A DNA stretch of 64,000 nt from an uncultured Bacteroides sp. (GTDB lineage: Bacteria; Bacteroidota; Bacteroidia; Bacteroidales; Bacteroidaceae): NCBI GenBank assembly GCA_964554265.1, contig CAZKOB010000002.1:386-64385 (forward strand), given 5' to 3'. The notes under the pieces are model-generated. The model had not been told where the DNA came from, did not search any database, and saw only the letters and a list, made by a program, of their open reading frames with translations. Each line of letters starts with the position of its first letter. Positions within the stretch are counted from its first letter, which is position 1. The position numbers were made by a program, and so were the translations under genes. Of the stretch, positions 19,501-26,588 are shown piece after piece.

Positions 19501-20726
19501 GGGGTGCAAGCTATAATACAACATATAATGTAAATCCTGAAGCTTACCTTTTTGCTTCGTCTGAGATAATGGCTACGGATGAGTTGGCGGAAAACTCCAT
19601 TGCATACTATGCCATCAACAATGCTCCGGACGGAGTGACAGACTGGCATGGATTGTATTTCACTTTGGAGAAGGAACAAGATGTTTTTCTCGGGTTTCAG
19701 ATTAATCTGCTCAACGGCAGCGCAACACAGGAATTTCGTGTCAAGACAGTGAAGCTCCTCTATTATGGAGAAATCAATGTGGGCAAATTGAAAGAACTTG
19801 TCGGACTTGTAGATACCGAAGCGTCTGTTTTGAAGGTCAATGACAATACCGGATTTTACAGTAAGGAAGCGTATGACAAGTTCATCTCCGTTAGGAATGA
19901 GGCTGAGGCTGTGGCAGACGGTGCGGCACCGGAGGCAGTGTCTGAAATGTATGGCAGGCTCATGGAGGCCTTCAAGGATTTTAAGGACAATGGCAAAAAC
20001 GTGGGTGGTGTGCCTGATGAGGCCGGGGCTGTGGACATTACGGTTGATAAACTTGTGGAGTCGGAAAAATTCTCTCGTGCTGAAGGTTGTGGTACTTATC
20101 GTTTCGGAACACCGAAATACTGGACCGTAGAAAACATACTTATCGACAAGGGTGTTGAAGGTATGAAGAACGGACTCGACAAATATCCGGGGCGTGATTG
20201 CCTGATGCTTGGTATCTGGGGCGACCGTGATGCAAACCGGGATGGCGATATTTCCGATGCACGAGTATATCAGCGTATTCATCTCGATGAAGGACGATAT
20301 TACTTCGGCGGAAAGTTTGATGCTCTTTTTCAACTTTTTGCAGGATATATATTTGTGTCAGAAGAGATTGTGCCGACAAGCGAGATAGAAACGAAGTCTA
20401 TTGCCTACTACAACATGATGGACGCTGCGATAGACCGCAATCACTATGGTGTTTATTTTACGATAATTGAGCCGACAGATGTCGTTGTAGGAATACAGGC
20501 TGATTTGAGTCAGGGGAATCAGGCGCAGGAAGTGCGTATAAGCAGTGTCATGCTGTTGAAGTATTCAGACGAGGCTGATGCCATTGAAGATGTGATAGTC
20601 GAAAAAGAAATGCACTCTGAACCTGAGTTCTATTCTCTTCAAGGCATACGTCTTAAATCGGCTCCGGCCAAAGGACTTTATATCATGAGACAGAACGGCA
20701 AAGCTGTCATATTGATGGCGCGCTGA
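16542..20726 (+). CDS. Secreted multidomain alpha-L-fucosidase (GH29) with three tandem repeat modules of about 267 aa and a T9SS-type C-terminal sorting tail
   Basis: Signal peptide MMQDLKKFLFTTAVALLVAESVHAQ and a GH29-like catalytic region (FGIWAHWGPQ, ARYFFTLGQHHDNFDLWDS). Three repeats follow, beginning around nt 18400, 19200 and 20000. The C-terminus FYSLQGIRLKSAPAKGLYIMRQNGKAVILMAR resembles Por/T9SS sorting domains. Confidence 0.88.
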   Translation: MMQDLKKFLFTTAVALLVAESVHAQSDEPVKEGRFSPDWKSLSGWTCPEWFKDAKFGIWAHWGPQCQAEAGDWYARFMYYENSGAYNWHVEHFGEPETFGLKDLCNAWKAEKWNPEELVALYKSVGARYFFTLGQHHDNFDLWDSPYQEWNSVNIGPKRDIVKEWSDACKKNGLPLGVSMHGSHTWTWMEKSQDYDGNLTKEDGYKLNEDGTEKWWKGLDPQELYAQRHPHSTGWENSGTIHSQWDWGAGAALPSEDFKMKFQNRVLQCINDYQPSMLYFDDTVLPFYGCDDRIGLNILSHYYNWSAEANEGTPQVVVMGKILEDMHKQAMLWDVERGIPDRVQEEYWQTCTCIGDWHYNTSTYENNGYKSAQQVVDMLVDVVSKNGNMLLSVPIKGNGTIDEKEMAVLQGIKAWMDINGKSIYGTRPWKTFGEGPLAEASNPINSQGFNEGNNYTCNDVRFVQKNDTVFATIMRWPTGQKFTIESFAPTSKYYSGKVKSVELLGHGKVEYTLNVDGLTVVLPAVKPNGIAPVFAVTFDKDDTEVSLSEILELYEQRVADLLKLTSYNTGKVNRERVNDFATVVRDAKAYINNADEATQQNVLNTVNEAYDKLRKEGANEGGAPNKGYMADVTTEYLVESANFSRMDDKGTRFGTPAYWTVDNFNIPNGKDGVKNGLDNYPGHDCLMLGVWNDISNSAQGELANARIYRKVHLVPGRYYFGAAYNTTYGMSDKAYIFAADSLLDTDDIPDSSIACWQINKSKTNGEFTGLYFTLTEEQDIVLGFQANLLNGSTTQEFRVDNVILLDYGQMNYSALEDLIMTTEFVADDCKVNDNTGFFSKEAVGKLQEALEVAREVDTNSSYDEVETAYNQLNAAYEDFMLNGKNKGGAPNEVGCTDVTTDYLLESAGFSRADESVTTRFASPANWIVENFKIPNGSNGIKNGLDKYPGYDCLSLGVWNDRDDNQVGNLSNARLYRKVRLKAGRYYWGASYNTTYNVNPEAYLFASSEIMATDELAENSIAYYAINNAPDGVTDWHGLYFTLEKEQDVFLGFQINLLNGSATQEFRVKTVKLLYYGEINVGKLKELVGLVDTEASVLKVNDNTGFYSKEAYDKFISVRNEAEAVADGAAPEAVSEMYGRLMEAFKDFKDNGKNVGGVPDEAGAVDITVDKLVESEKFSRAEGCGTYRFGTPKYWTVENILIDKGVEGMKNGLDKYPGRDCLMLGIWGDRDANRDGDISDARVYQRIHLDEGRYYFGGKFDALFQLFAGYIFVSEEIVPTSEIETKSIAYYNMMDAAIDRNHYGVYFTIIEPTDVVVGIQADLSQGNQAQEVRISSVMLLKYSDEADAIEDVIVEKEMHSEPEFYSLQGIRLKSAPAKGLYIMRQNGKAVILMAR

Positions 20727-20735
20727 AAACGGTGA

Positions 20736-20780
20736 CATCCGGCCATGCAAAATATCGGTTGCATGGCCGGATGTGTTTAT
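20736..20780 (+). terminator. Rho-independent terminator after the fucosidase gene
   Basis: catccggccatgcaa / ttgcatggccggatg form a 15-bp stem, followed by tgtttat. Confidence 0.7.
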
Positions 20781-20781
20781 G

Positions 20782-21600
20782 AACAGTTCTTCTTTCTTTT
20801 TGACAATAACTCCACCTGCCGCAAACGAAACTTTATTAACATAATTAAGATTCGTTTACATTCTGCCAATAGCCGAATTTGGGATGTTTTGTTGATAAAT
20901 AATTGATAATCAGTAAAATGCTGTTTCAGCAAAACGATGCGGTTTCAGGTGCAAAAGGTATAGGTGGAAACAAAAATAGGATGTGTTGATAATCAGCAGG
21001 TTATAGAATTATTTATCTAAAACCCTTGTTTTTCGTTGCCGGAATCCATCTTTGTTTTTCGTGGCATTGAAAAATCTGATTTAGACTTTTTAAGAAATTA
21101 ATTTGTGCAACACCGGATTTCAGCCCGAAAAACGGACGTTCTCAACTTCGTTCACCTTGAAAATAAATTTCGTTCATCTTGAAAATGTTTTTAAAGTGCC
21201 TTTTAAACAAATTTTGTTCACCTTGAAAATTTATTTTCAGCGTACTCTTTTTTCAGGCAAAGCATAAGCAAATGTAAATTAATGTATCTTTTCAGGCAGT
21301 AAATTATATTATTTTTACATTTGAGATTCAAGGCCCGAAAACGGCCTTAGAATCGCGTAAATGGAACTTCGGTAAGGTTTGGGCGATTTTATGCGATTCT
21401 GCGAGGCTTGGATTTTAACATTTCAGATTGTCAAAAAAAAGCCCGGAATTTATGACAAGTTGATAGTATATGACGGTGGGGGAAATCAAGCTGATTGATG
21501 AAGACATCAGCCTTGTTGCAGTGTGATGGCCGGACTGATAAACGAGGTCTATATCTTGGCAAATTCATTCTTTTTTAGTATTTTTGCGGAAACTGAATAT
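20782..21600 (+). repeat. Interspersed repeat, copy D. The core is present, with the alternative right-end module.
   Basis: Starts at the ttcttctttctttttgacaat block. Its internal segment is in the direct-repeat configuration. The right end (...ccttgttgcagtgtgatggccggactgataaacgaggtctatatct...aaactgaatat) matches copy E rather than A, C, F, H or I. Confidence 0.88.
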
Positions 21601-21696
21601 TTTTGATAATTGTTCAATCTGTTGCAAATCATTTTGTTTTGTATTTGCTGCGGATTGAATACTGTATATTAATGTTGTGTGTAAAGCGAAAAAATT

Positions 21697-22440
21697 ATGG
21701 AAATGAAGAAAAAGGAATTGGTAAAAAGGTACATTGTGTATGTGTTGGGTGTATATGTGTTGGCAATGGGACTGGCGATGATTATCACCTCGACGCTCGG
21801 CACTTCTCCCATATCGAGTTGGGCTTATGTGATGAGTTGCAACACCCCTTTGTCCGTAGGCACCTATACATTTATCATCAACATGGCCATGATTGTGGGA
21901 CAGTTTATGATTCTCCGGCATCATGGACTTCGGTGGCAAGTGGTGGATATCGGGCTGCAAATCCCCTTCTCGTTTATGTTCTCTGCCTTTATAGATTTTA
22001 ATATATGGTGGATGCGGATGTCCGGAATAGCAACGCTGCATCCGTTTGGCGACTCTTCCGGGTGTGTCTATATTTATTGCTTCCTGTTGCTCCTTGTCGG
22101 ATGTTTCGTGCAGAGTGTCGGCATCCTGCTTGAAGTCAAAGCCGGTGTGACCATGATGTCGGGCGAAGCGTTTGTGTATTATGTGTGCACTCGTTGGAGC
22201 AGGGAGTTCGGGAAAGTGAAAGTTCTGTTCGATGTCTTTTTGGTACTTCTTGCAGTCATTTGTTCGGTTGGCTTCTCATTGGCGGATAACGATGGGGCGG
22301 TAAGCGTGAGCAGTATCGTTGGCGGACTTTTGGGTGCTGTTCGCGAAGGAACTGTCATTGCCGCACTTTCGGTAGGGCAGATTGTACGTCTGCTTTCCAG
22401 AAAGTCGAGTTGGATAGACAAACTGTGCATGAGTGACTGA
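21697..22440 (+). CDS. Integral membrane protein, YczE/YitT-like family
   Basis: 247-aa hydrophobic ORF with N-terminus KRYIVYVLGVYVLAMGLAMIITSTLGTSPISS, resembling YczE/DUF6198-type membrane proteins. The family assignment comes from recollection of sequence features only. Confidence 0.6.
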   Translation: MEMKKKELVKRYIVYVLGVYVLAMGLAMIITSTLGTSPISSWAYVMSCNTPLSVGTYTFIINMAMIVGQFMILRHHGLRWQVVDIGLQIPFSFMFSAFIDFNIWWMRMSGIATLHPFGDSSGCVYIYCFLLLLVGCFVQSVGILLEVKAGVTMMSGEAFVYYVCTRWSREFGKVKVLFDVFLVLLAVICSVGFSLADNDGAVSVSSIVGGLLGAVREGTVIAALSVGQIVRLLSRKSSWIDKLCMSD

Positions 22441-22464
22441 AGTGTCCTTCTTCATACAGAAAAA

Positions 22465-22515
22465 CAGCAAGATGCCGGTGCGGATAAAGGGAGTCTCTGC
22501 ACCGGCATCTTGCTG
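22465..22515. terminator. Bidirectional terminator hairpin between convergent genes
   Basis: cagcaagatgccggtgc / gcaccggcatcttgctg form a 17-bp perfect stem between the stop codons at 22440 (+) and 22527 (-). Confidence 0.7.
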
Positions 22516-22526
22516 TATGTGTGCTG

Positions 22527-23156
22527 TTATTGGCAGAATAGGCTGATCAACAGCGGAACGCTTATCTCCAGTATGAATCCGTGGAATATGGCGGCAGGCA
22601 GCAGCGACTGGCTGTCTGCTTTTGAAGAAAGAATCAAAGGCAGGCAGACGTCCATTGAACTGATTCCTGCGATAGAGATGGCGGCATTTCCGTTTCCTTT
22701 GCGTGTTATGGTTGGGCAGAACAAGAGGGCGAAGACCTCGCGCATGACATTGGCGAGCAGGGCAATCGTAGCTATTGGGGTTGCCTGTCCTATGCCGACA
22801 GTAGCCGATTTCATATCCAGAATCAAGACGGATGAAAGCGAATAGTATCCGAAACCACTGCCTACGGCCAGAATGTCTGCCAGCTTCTCCTCCTTGAATA
22901 TCAGCGAGGCGAGTGCTGAAAAGGCCAGTGTGCCTACTATGGTGAAGAACGGAAGCAGGAGCATGGACCAGTGTAATGAATGAAGAAGGGTGGAAAGGTC
23001 GCGCCGTGCTCCCAGTCCTATGCCCACTTGCACCATGAGCAAGGAGAGCCCTATTGTCGGGAGAGAGGGAAGAAGCAGTATTTCCGGTACAATGTCCGAT
23101 ACTCCGAAGCAGATGCCGCCGAAGAAAAAGGACAAGGTGATAAGTGAGTTCTTCAT
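22527..23156 (-). CDS. LysO/DUF340-family membrane protein, large subunit-like
   Basis: Hydrophobic 210-aa protein starting at MKNSLITLSFFFGGI (ATG at 23156); the ORF track extends it artificially to 23393. Its start overlaps the stop of the upstream small DUF340-like gene by 4 nt. Confidence 0.7.
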   Translation of the reverse strand: MKNSLITLSFFFGGICFGVSDIVPEILLLPSLPTIGLSLLMVQVGIGLGARRDLSTLLHSLHWSMLLLPFFTIVGTLAFSALASLIFKEEKLADILAVGSGFGYYSLSSVLILDMKSATVGIGQATPIATIALLANVMREVFALLFCPTITRKGNGNAAISIAGISSMDVCLPLILSSKADSQSLLPAAIFHGFILEISVPLLISLFCQ

Positions 23157-23437
23157 TTTTCGCCTCCCTTCTTTTGGGACGACAAGTGCTTGAATAGAAT
23201 GACAGCGGCAAAACTTCCTATTATGCCCAAGATGGAGATGATGAATGCCTCGATGCCGAAGCTTGCCAGATTCTCTATGATAGAGTGATTGCTCCCTATG
23301 GATACTCCGAAAATGAAGAGCAGCAGGAAGATTGTGTAGCGTGTGCTCTTTTCTATGTGGTGGCTTATTGTAGGGATACGACGCAACAAGCATCCTATTC
23401 CTATGCCTGTAAGCAATAAAAATAATATGCGGAACAT
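23153..23437 (-). CDS. LysO/DUF340-family membrane protein, small subunit-like
   Basis: 94-aa hydrophobic ORF (MFRILFLLLTGIGIGCLL...) translationally coupled to the downstream gene. This two-gene arrangement is common for DUF340 in Bacteroidales. Confidence 0.65.
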   Translation of the reverse strand: MFRILFLLLTGIGIGCLLRRIPTISHHIEKSTRYTIFLLLFIFGVSIGSNHSIIENLASFGIEAFIISILGIIGSFAAVILFKHLSSQKKGGEK

Positions 23438-23916
23438 GAAAAGTGGTTGTTTTTCTGATAAGATAAAAGTCCTTTTGTTTTTACGAATGCTTGACTTTCT
23501 GTGCCGGCTGAGAATCCCTGCTTCGGTTGCCCTCCGTCCGGCAGTGTATGATGGAAAATACCATCAGAACGTTTCTTTGGATGTCTGTGGAAGGGGCAAT
23601 CTGTAGCGGCAGGTAAAATAGTGCCACACATGAGATCTGTCTTCCGATGTGTTCGTTCGGAGACATTTATACCTTTCAGTCTTCACGAAAGGATTGGAAC
23701 GAACAAGGGTGTCCACTTAGATGAAGCCGCTGAACCAATGGACATGCATCAGGCAGCAAACATGCTTTCCTGCATATTTGCTGCTGAATATAGTATGTGC
23801 CGTCCGTGTTAGCATAATGATGATAGTCTGATTGGTGTATAGGCAAAGTTAGGGCTTTTTTTTCAAGTTCAAAAATTGTATCTCAAACAAATGTGGGGAT
23901 AATTTTTCCTACAACA

Positions 23917-23966
23917 AAAGGCACGACAGACAGTCCCGTCAAGAAAGAACTGTCGCCGTGCCTTTT
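23917..23966. terminator. Terminator hairpin downstream of the beta-barrel protein gene
   Basis: aaaaggcacgacagac...ctgtcgccgtgcctttt forms an imperfect stem flanked by A and T runs on both sides. Confidence 0.6.
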
Positions 23967-24033
23967 GTTTGCGGCTTTTCGCCGCGTCTATAAAAATTAA
24001 CGGTATTAGCCTTATGAATTGTGAAAGAATCGA

Positions 24034-24645
24034 TTAGAACAGATAAGCAACAGAAATCTGGTGAGTGTTGTTCTTCACATCTCCTCCGATGATTTTGCCT
24101 GCAACACTGATACTCTCTGTCAATGCACTATCCATTTCTCCTGTTTTGCCGATGGCGATATTGTAATTATAGCCAATTTGGAGATGCCCGAGAAGCTTGA
24201 CACCGGCACCTACGTTCCAGCTGAATTCTGAAGATTTGAGCGAATAAGACTGGTTAAATATATGTTTGCCTCCGATATTGTAGGAGAACTGCGGACCTGT
24301 TGCCACGTAGATTCCTGCAATGCTGCCGAGGCCGATTGAATATTTCACATTGATAGGTATGTCTATGTATTGCAGTGTTTCAGACTGGCCTTCAACTTCT
24401 ATTCCCTTGTTGTCATAGAGCAGAGACACATCAGCGCCCAATCCGATGATTGGAACTGTAAATTCTGCTGTCGGACCTACGAAGAAACCTGTGCGGCTGT
24501 CGATTGCATTTTTTGCTATGTCCTTGTCGAAACTGACTTTCGAAACATTCAGACCAGCCTTGAGTCCGAATTTGAACTGTGCGTTTGCCGGAGTTGCCAT
24601 TACCATAGCTACTGCAAACATGATGATGCCAAATAATTTTCTCAT
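24034..24645 (-). CDS. Outer membrane beta-barrel protein (porin-family, OmpA-beta-barrel-like)
   Basis: Signal peptide MRKLFGIIMFAVAMVMATPANAQ from the ATG at 24645, alternating beta-strand pattern, and a C-terminal aromatic residue (...HQISVAYLF). The ORF track start at 24705 is probably too far upstream. Confidence 0.8.
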   Translation of the reverse strand: MRKLFGIIMFAVAMVMATPANAQFKFGLKAGLNVSKVSFDKDIAKNAIDSRTGFFVGPTAEFTVPIIGLGADVSLLYDNKGIEVEGQSETLQYIDIPINVKYSIGLGSIAGIYVATGPQFSYNIGGKHIFNQSYSLKSSEFSWNVGAGVKLLGHLQIGYNYNIAIGKTGEMDSALTESISVAGKIIGGDVKNNTHQISVAYLF

Positions 24646-24741
24646 TTTTTTCTGTAATTTGTTAAATGATTTGGCAAATATATATATTTGTTGGAGACTG
24701 GACAAAATTTGTCTTAAAAAAACTGTTTTTTGTTTATATAT

Positions 24742-25977
24742 TACGCGAGTTCAGTTTAAATTTCCGGTTAAAAAAGGTTCCGGTTGCCCTTGCATTCTTC
24801 AATATGTATCTGCCGTGCCTCCGGCTTGTTGCTGAAAAGGGAATACGCCGTAAGTGTGGTGTAGATGTTCGCAAGGATGTTTGCAGTTGTTTTTTGCCGG
24901 TGGGGTTATAGATGACTCTTGTGATGCTTATGGTTGTAAGTGGTTGTATTCACAGACTCCTCCGTCGCTTCGCGCCACCTCCCCTAACTTAGGGGAGGAG
25001 CCTGGTTACTCAGTGGGTGTAAATGCTATCATGTTATCAACCAGCAAGTTGGCTTACAGTTGGCTTTTCAGCGAGCAAGGTAACTAAGCTCCTCCCCTAA
25101 GTTAGGGGAGGTGGCGCGAAGCGACGGAGGAGTCTGTGAAGACAACAGCAAAAACAGCTGACTTTCTTATAGACTTTTCTTCTTTCTTTTTGACACTAAC
25201 TCCACCTGTCGCAGACGGAACTTTATTAACATATTTAAGGTTCATTTACATTCAGCCAATAGCCGAAATTCCGAAGTTTTATTGATAAATGATTGATAAT
25301 CAATAAAATACTATTTTAGCAAGATGATGCAGTTTTAGGTGCAAGAAGCACAGGTTGTAACAAAATAGGATATATTGATAATCAGCGAGTTATGAAATTT
25401 CTTACCCAAGATTCTTGTTTTTCGCCGCCAAAATCCATCTTTGTTTTTCGTGGCATTGAAAAATACGATTTAATCTTTTTAAGAAATAAATTTGCACAAC
25501 ACCTGATTTCAGCCCGAAAAACGGACGTTTTCAAACTCGTTCACCCTGAAAATAAATTTTGTGCGCCTTGAAAAATTTTTTACAAGGCACTTTAAAACTA
25601 TTTTCAAGGTGAATGAAATTTATTTCCAGCGTACTCTTTTTACGGGCGATTCACGCACAAATGTGAATAAATGTATCTTTTCAAAACAAAAATTACATTA
25701 TTTTTACATTCTCGGTTCAAGGCCCGAAAACGGCCTCAGAATCGCGCAAATGGAACTTTGGTAAGGTTTGGCCGATTTTATGCGATTCTACGGAGCCTTG
25801 AATTTTAACATTTCAAATTGTCAAAAAAAACTTGAATTTTATGACAAACAGACGGTGTGACGGTGGGGATGACCAAGCCGGTTTATGAGGATGTCTGCCC
25901 TGTTGCAGCCTGACAGTCGGACTGACAAATAAGGTCTATATCTGCACTGATTCGTCGCTTAAAACCGAACTTGCGTA
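24742..25977 (+). repeat. Interspersed repeat, copy E. Full length, with terminal inverted repeats and the nested short-arm palindrome.
   Basis: The left end tacgcgagttcagtttaaa (24742-24760) is an imperfect inverted copy of the right end cttaaaaccgaacttgcgta (25958-25977). All internal blocks are present. It carries the alternative right-end module shared with copy D. Confidence 0.88.
24951..25138. repeat. Nested palindromic module in copy E
   Basis: Left arm 24951-25001 (cacagactcctccgtcgcttcgcgccacctcccctaacttaggggaggagc) is the exact reverse complement of right arm 25088-25138. The loop is 86 nt. Confidence 0.95.
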
Positions 25978-25994
25978 TATTTTGCAAAAATAAT

Positions 25995-26036
25995 TGTGGC
26001 AAAATGTGGGGAAATGTGGGGAATTGCATATATTTG
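25995..26036 (+). promoter_or_regulatory. Candidate mraZ promoter with three phased MraZ-box repeats
   Basis: TGTGGC (25995-26000), TGTGGG (26005-26010) and TGTGGG (26015-26020) are spaced at 10 bp. They are followed directly by tatatttg (26029-36), which matches the Bacteroidetes -7 box TAnnTTTG. The site is about 50 nt upstream of mraZ. Confidence 0.6.
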
Positions 26037-26085
26037 CATTTTATAGCGCGCGTGTGCGTGCAAAAGAGTTTAGAGTAAGAATTGT

Positions 26086-26535
26086 ATGCGTTTTATAGGA
26101 GATTATCCGGCTAAGGCAGATGTCAAGGGAAGGGTGTTCCTTCCGGTCGCATTTCGTAAAGTTCTGGAGGCAGAAGATGAACAGAAACTCATCCTGCGTA
26201 CAGATCTTTTTCAGAAATGTCTTGTACTTTATCCGGAAAGTCTCTGGAATATGATGCTGGACACTTTGCGTCAACGGCTTAACCGTTGGAACGGAGAACA
26301 TCAGAATCTCATGCGTCGCTTTGTGGCAGAGGCAGAAGTGGTGGAGCTTGACGGAGGCGGACGTTTCCTCATATCGAAGCGTAAGCAGACGTATGCCGGC
26401 ATAAAGCAGAATGTGAGGTTTCTTGCTGTCGACGACCATATCGAGGTGTGGGATGCAGAAGCCTGCGAAGCCCTGCTCGGTTCGGAGAATGGCATCGCGG
26501 ATGAACTTCAGGCGGTTATGGCCGATATATTTTGA
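26086..26535 (+). CDS. mraZ: Transcriptional regulator MraZ
   Basis: 149 aa with N-terminus MRFIGDYPAKADVKGRVFLP and duplicated SpoVT/AbrB-like halves. It is the first gene of the dcw cluster. Confidence 0.93.
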   Translation: MRFIGDYPAKADVKGRVFLPVAFRKVLEAEDEQKLILRTDLFQKCLVLYPESLWNMMLDTLRQRLNRWNGEHQNLMRRFVAEAEVVELDGGGRFLISKRKQTYAGIKQNVRFLAVDDHIEVWDAEACEALLGSENGIADELQAVMADIF

Positions 26536-26588
26536 GGAAAAAGGAAAAGTGTCGTTTTTTTGACACGACAAGGCTAACGAATGAAATA

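Noticed and set aside
23438-23660. Possible lysine riboswitch in the leader (about 200 nt) of the LysO/DUF340 gene pair
   Set aside because: The minus-strand leader contains ggagggcaaccgaagca and a tgccgg/ccggca helix, faintly reminiscent of the L-box GCCGAAG core. However, the conserved 5' AGAGGNGC element, the expected spacing between elements and the five-helix layout are all absent. A cmscan with RF00168 would settle it. From the sequence alone it is not supportable.
23621-23812. 63-aa plus-strand ORF in the gap between the LysO-like genes and the beta-barrel protein gene
   Set aside because: It has no recognisable motifs, a Cys/His/Arg-rich composition, and no obvious promoter or ribosome-binding context. 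It is probably spurious.
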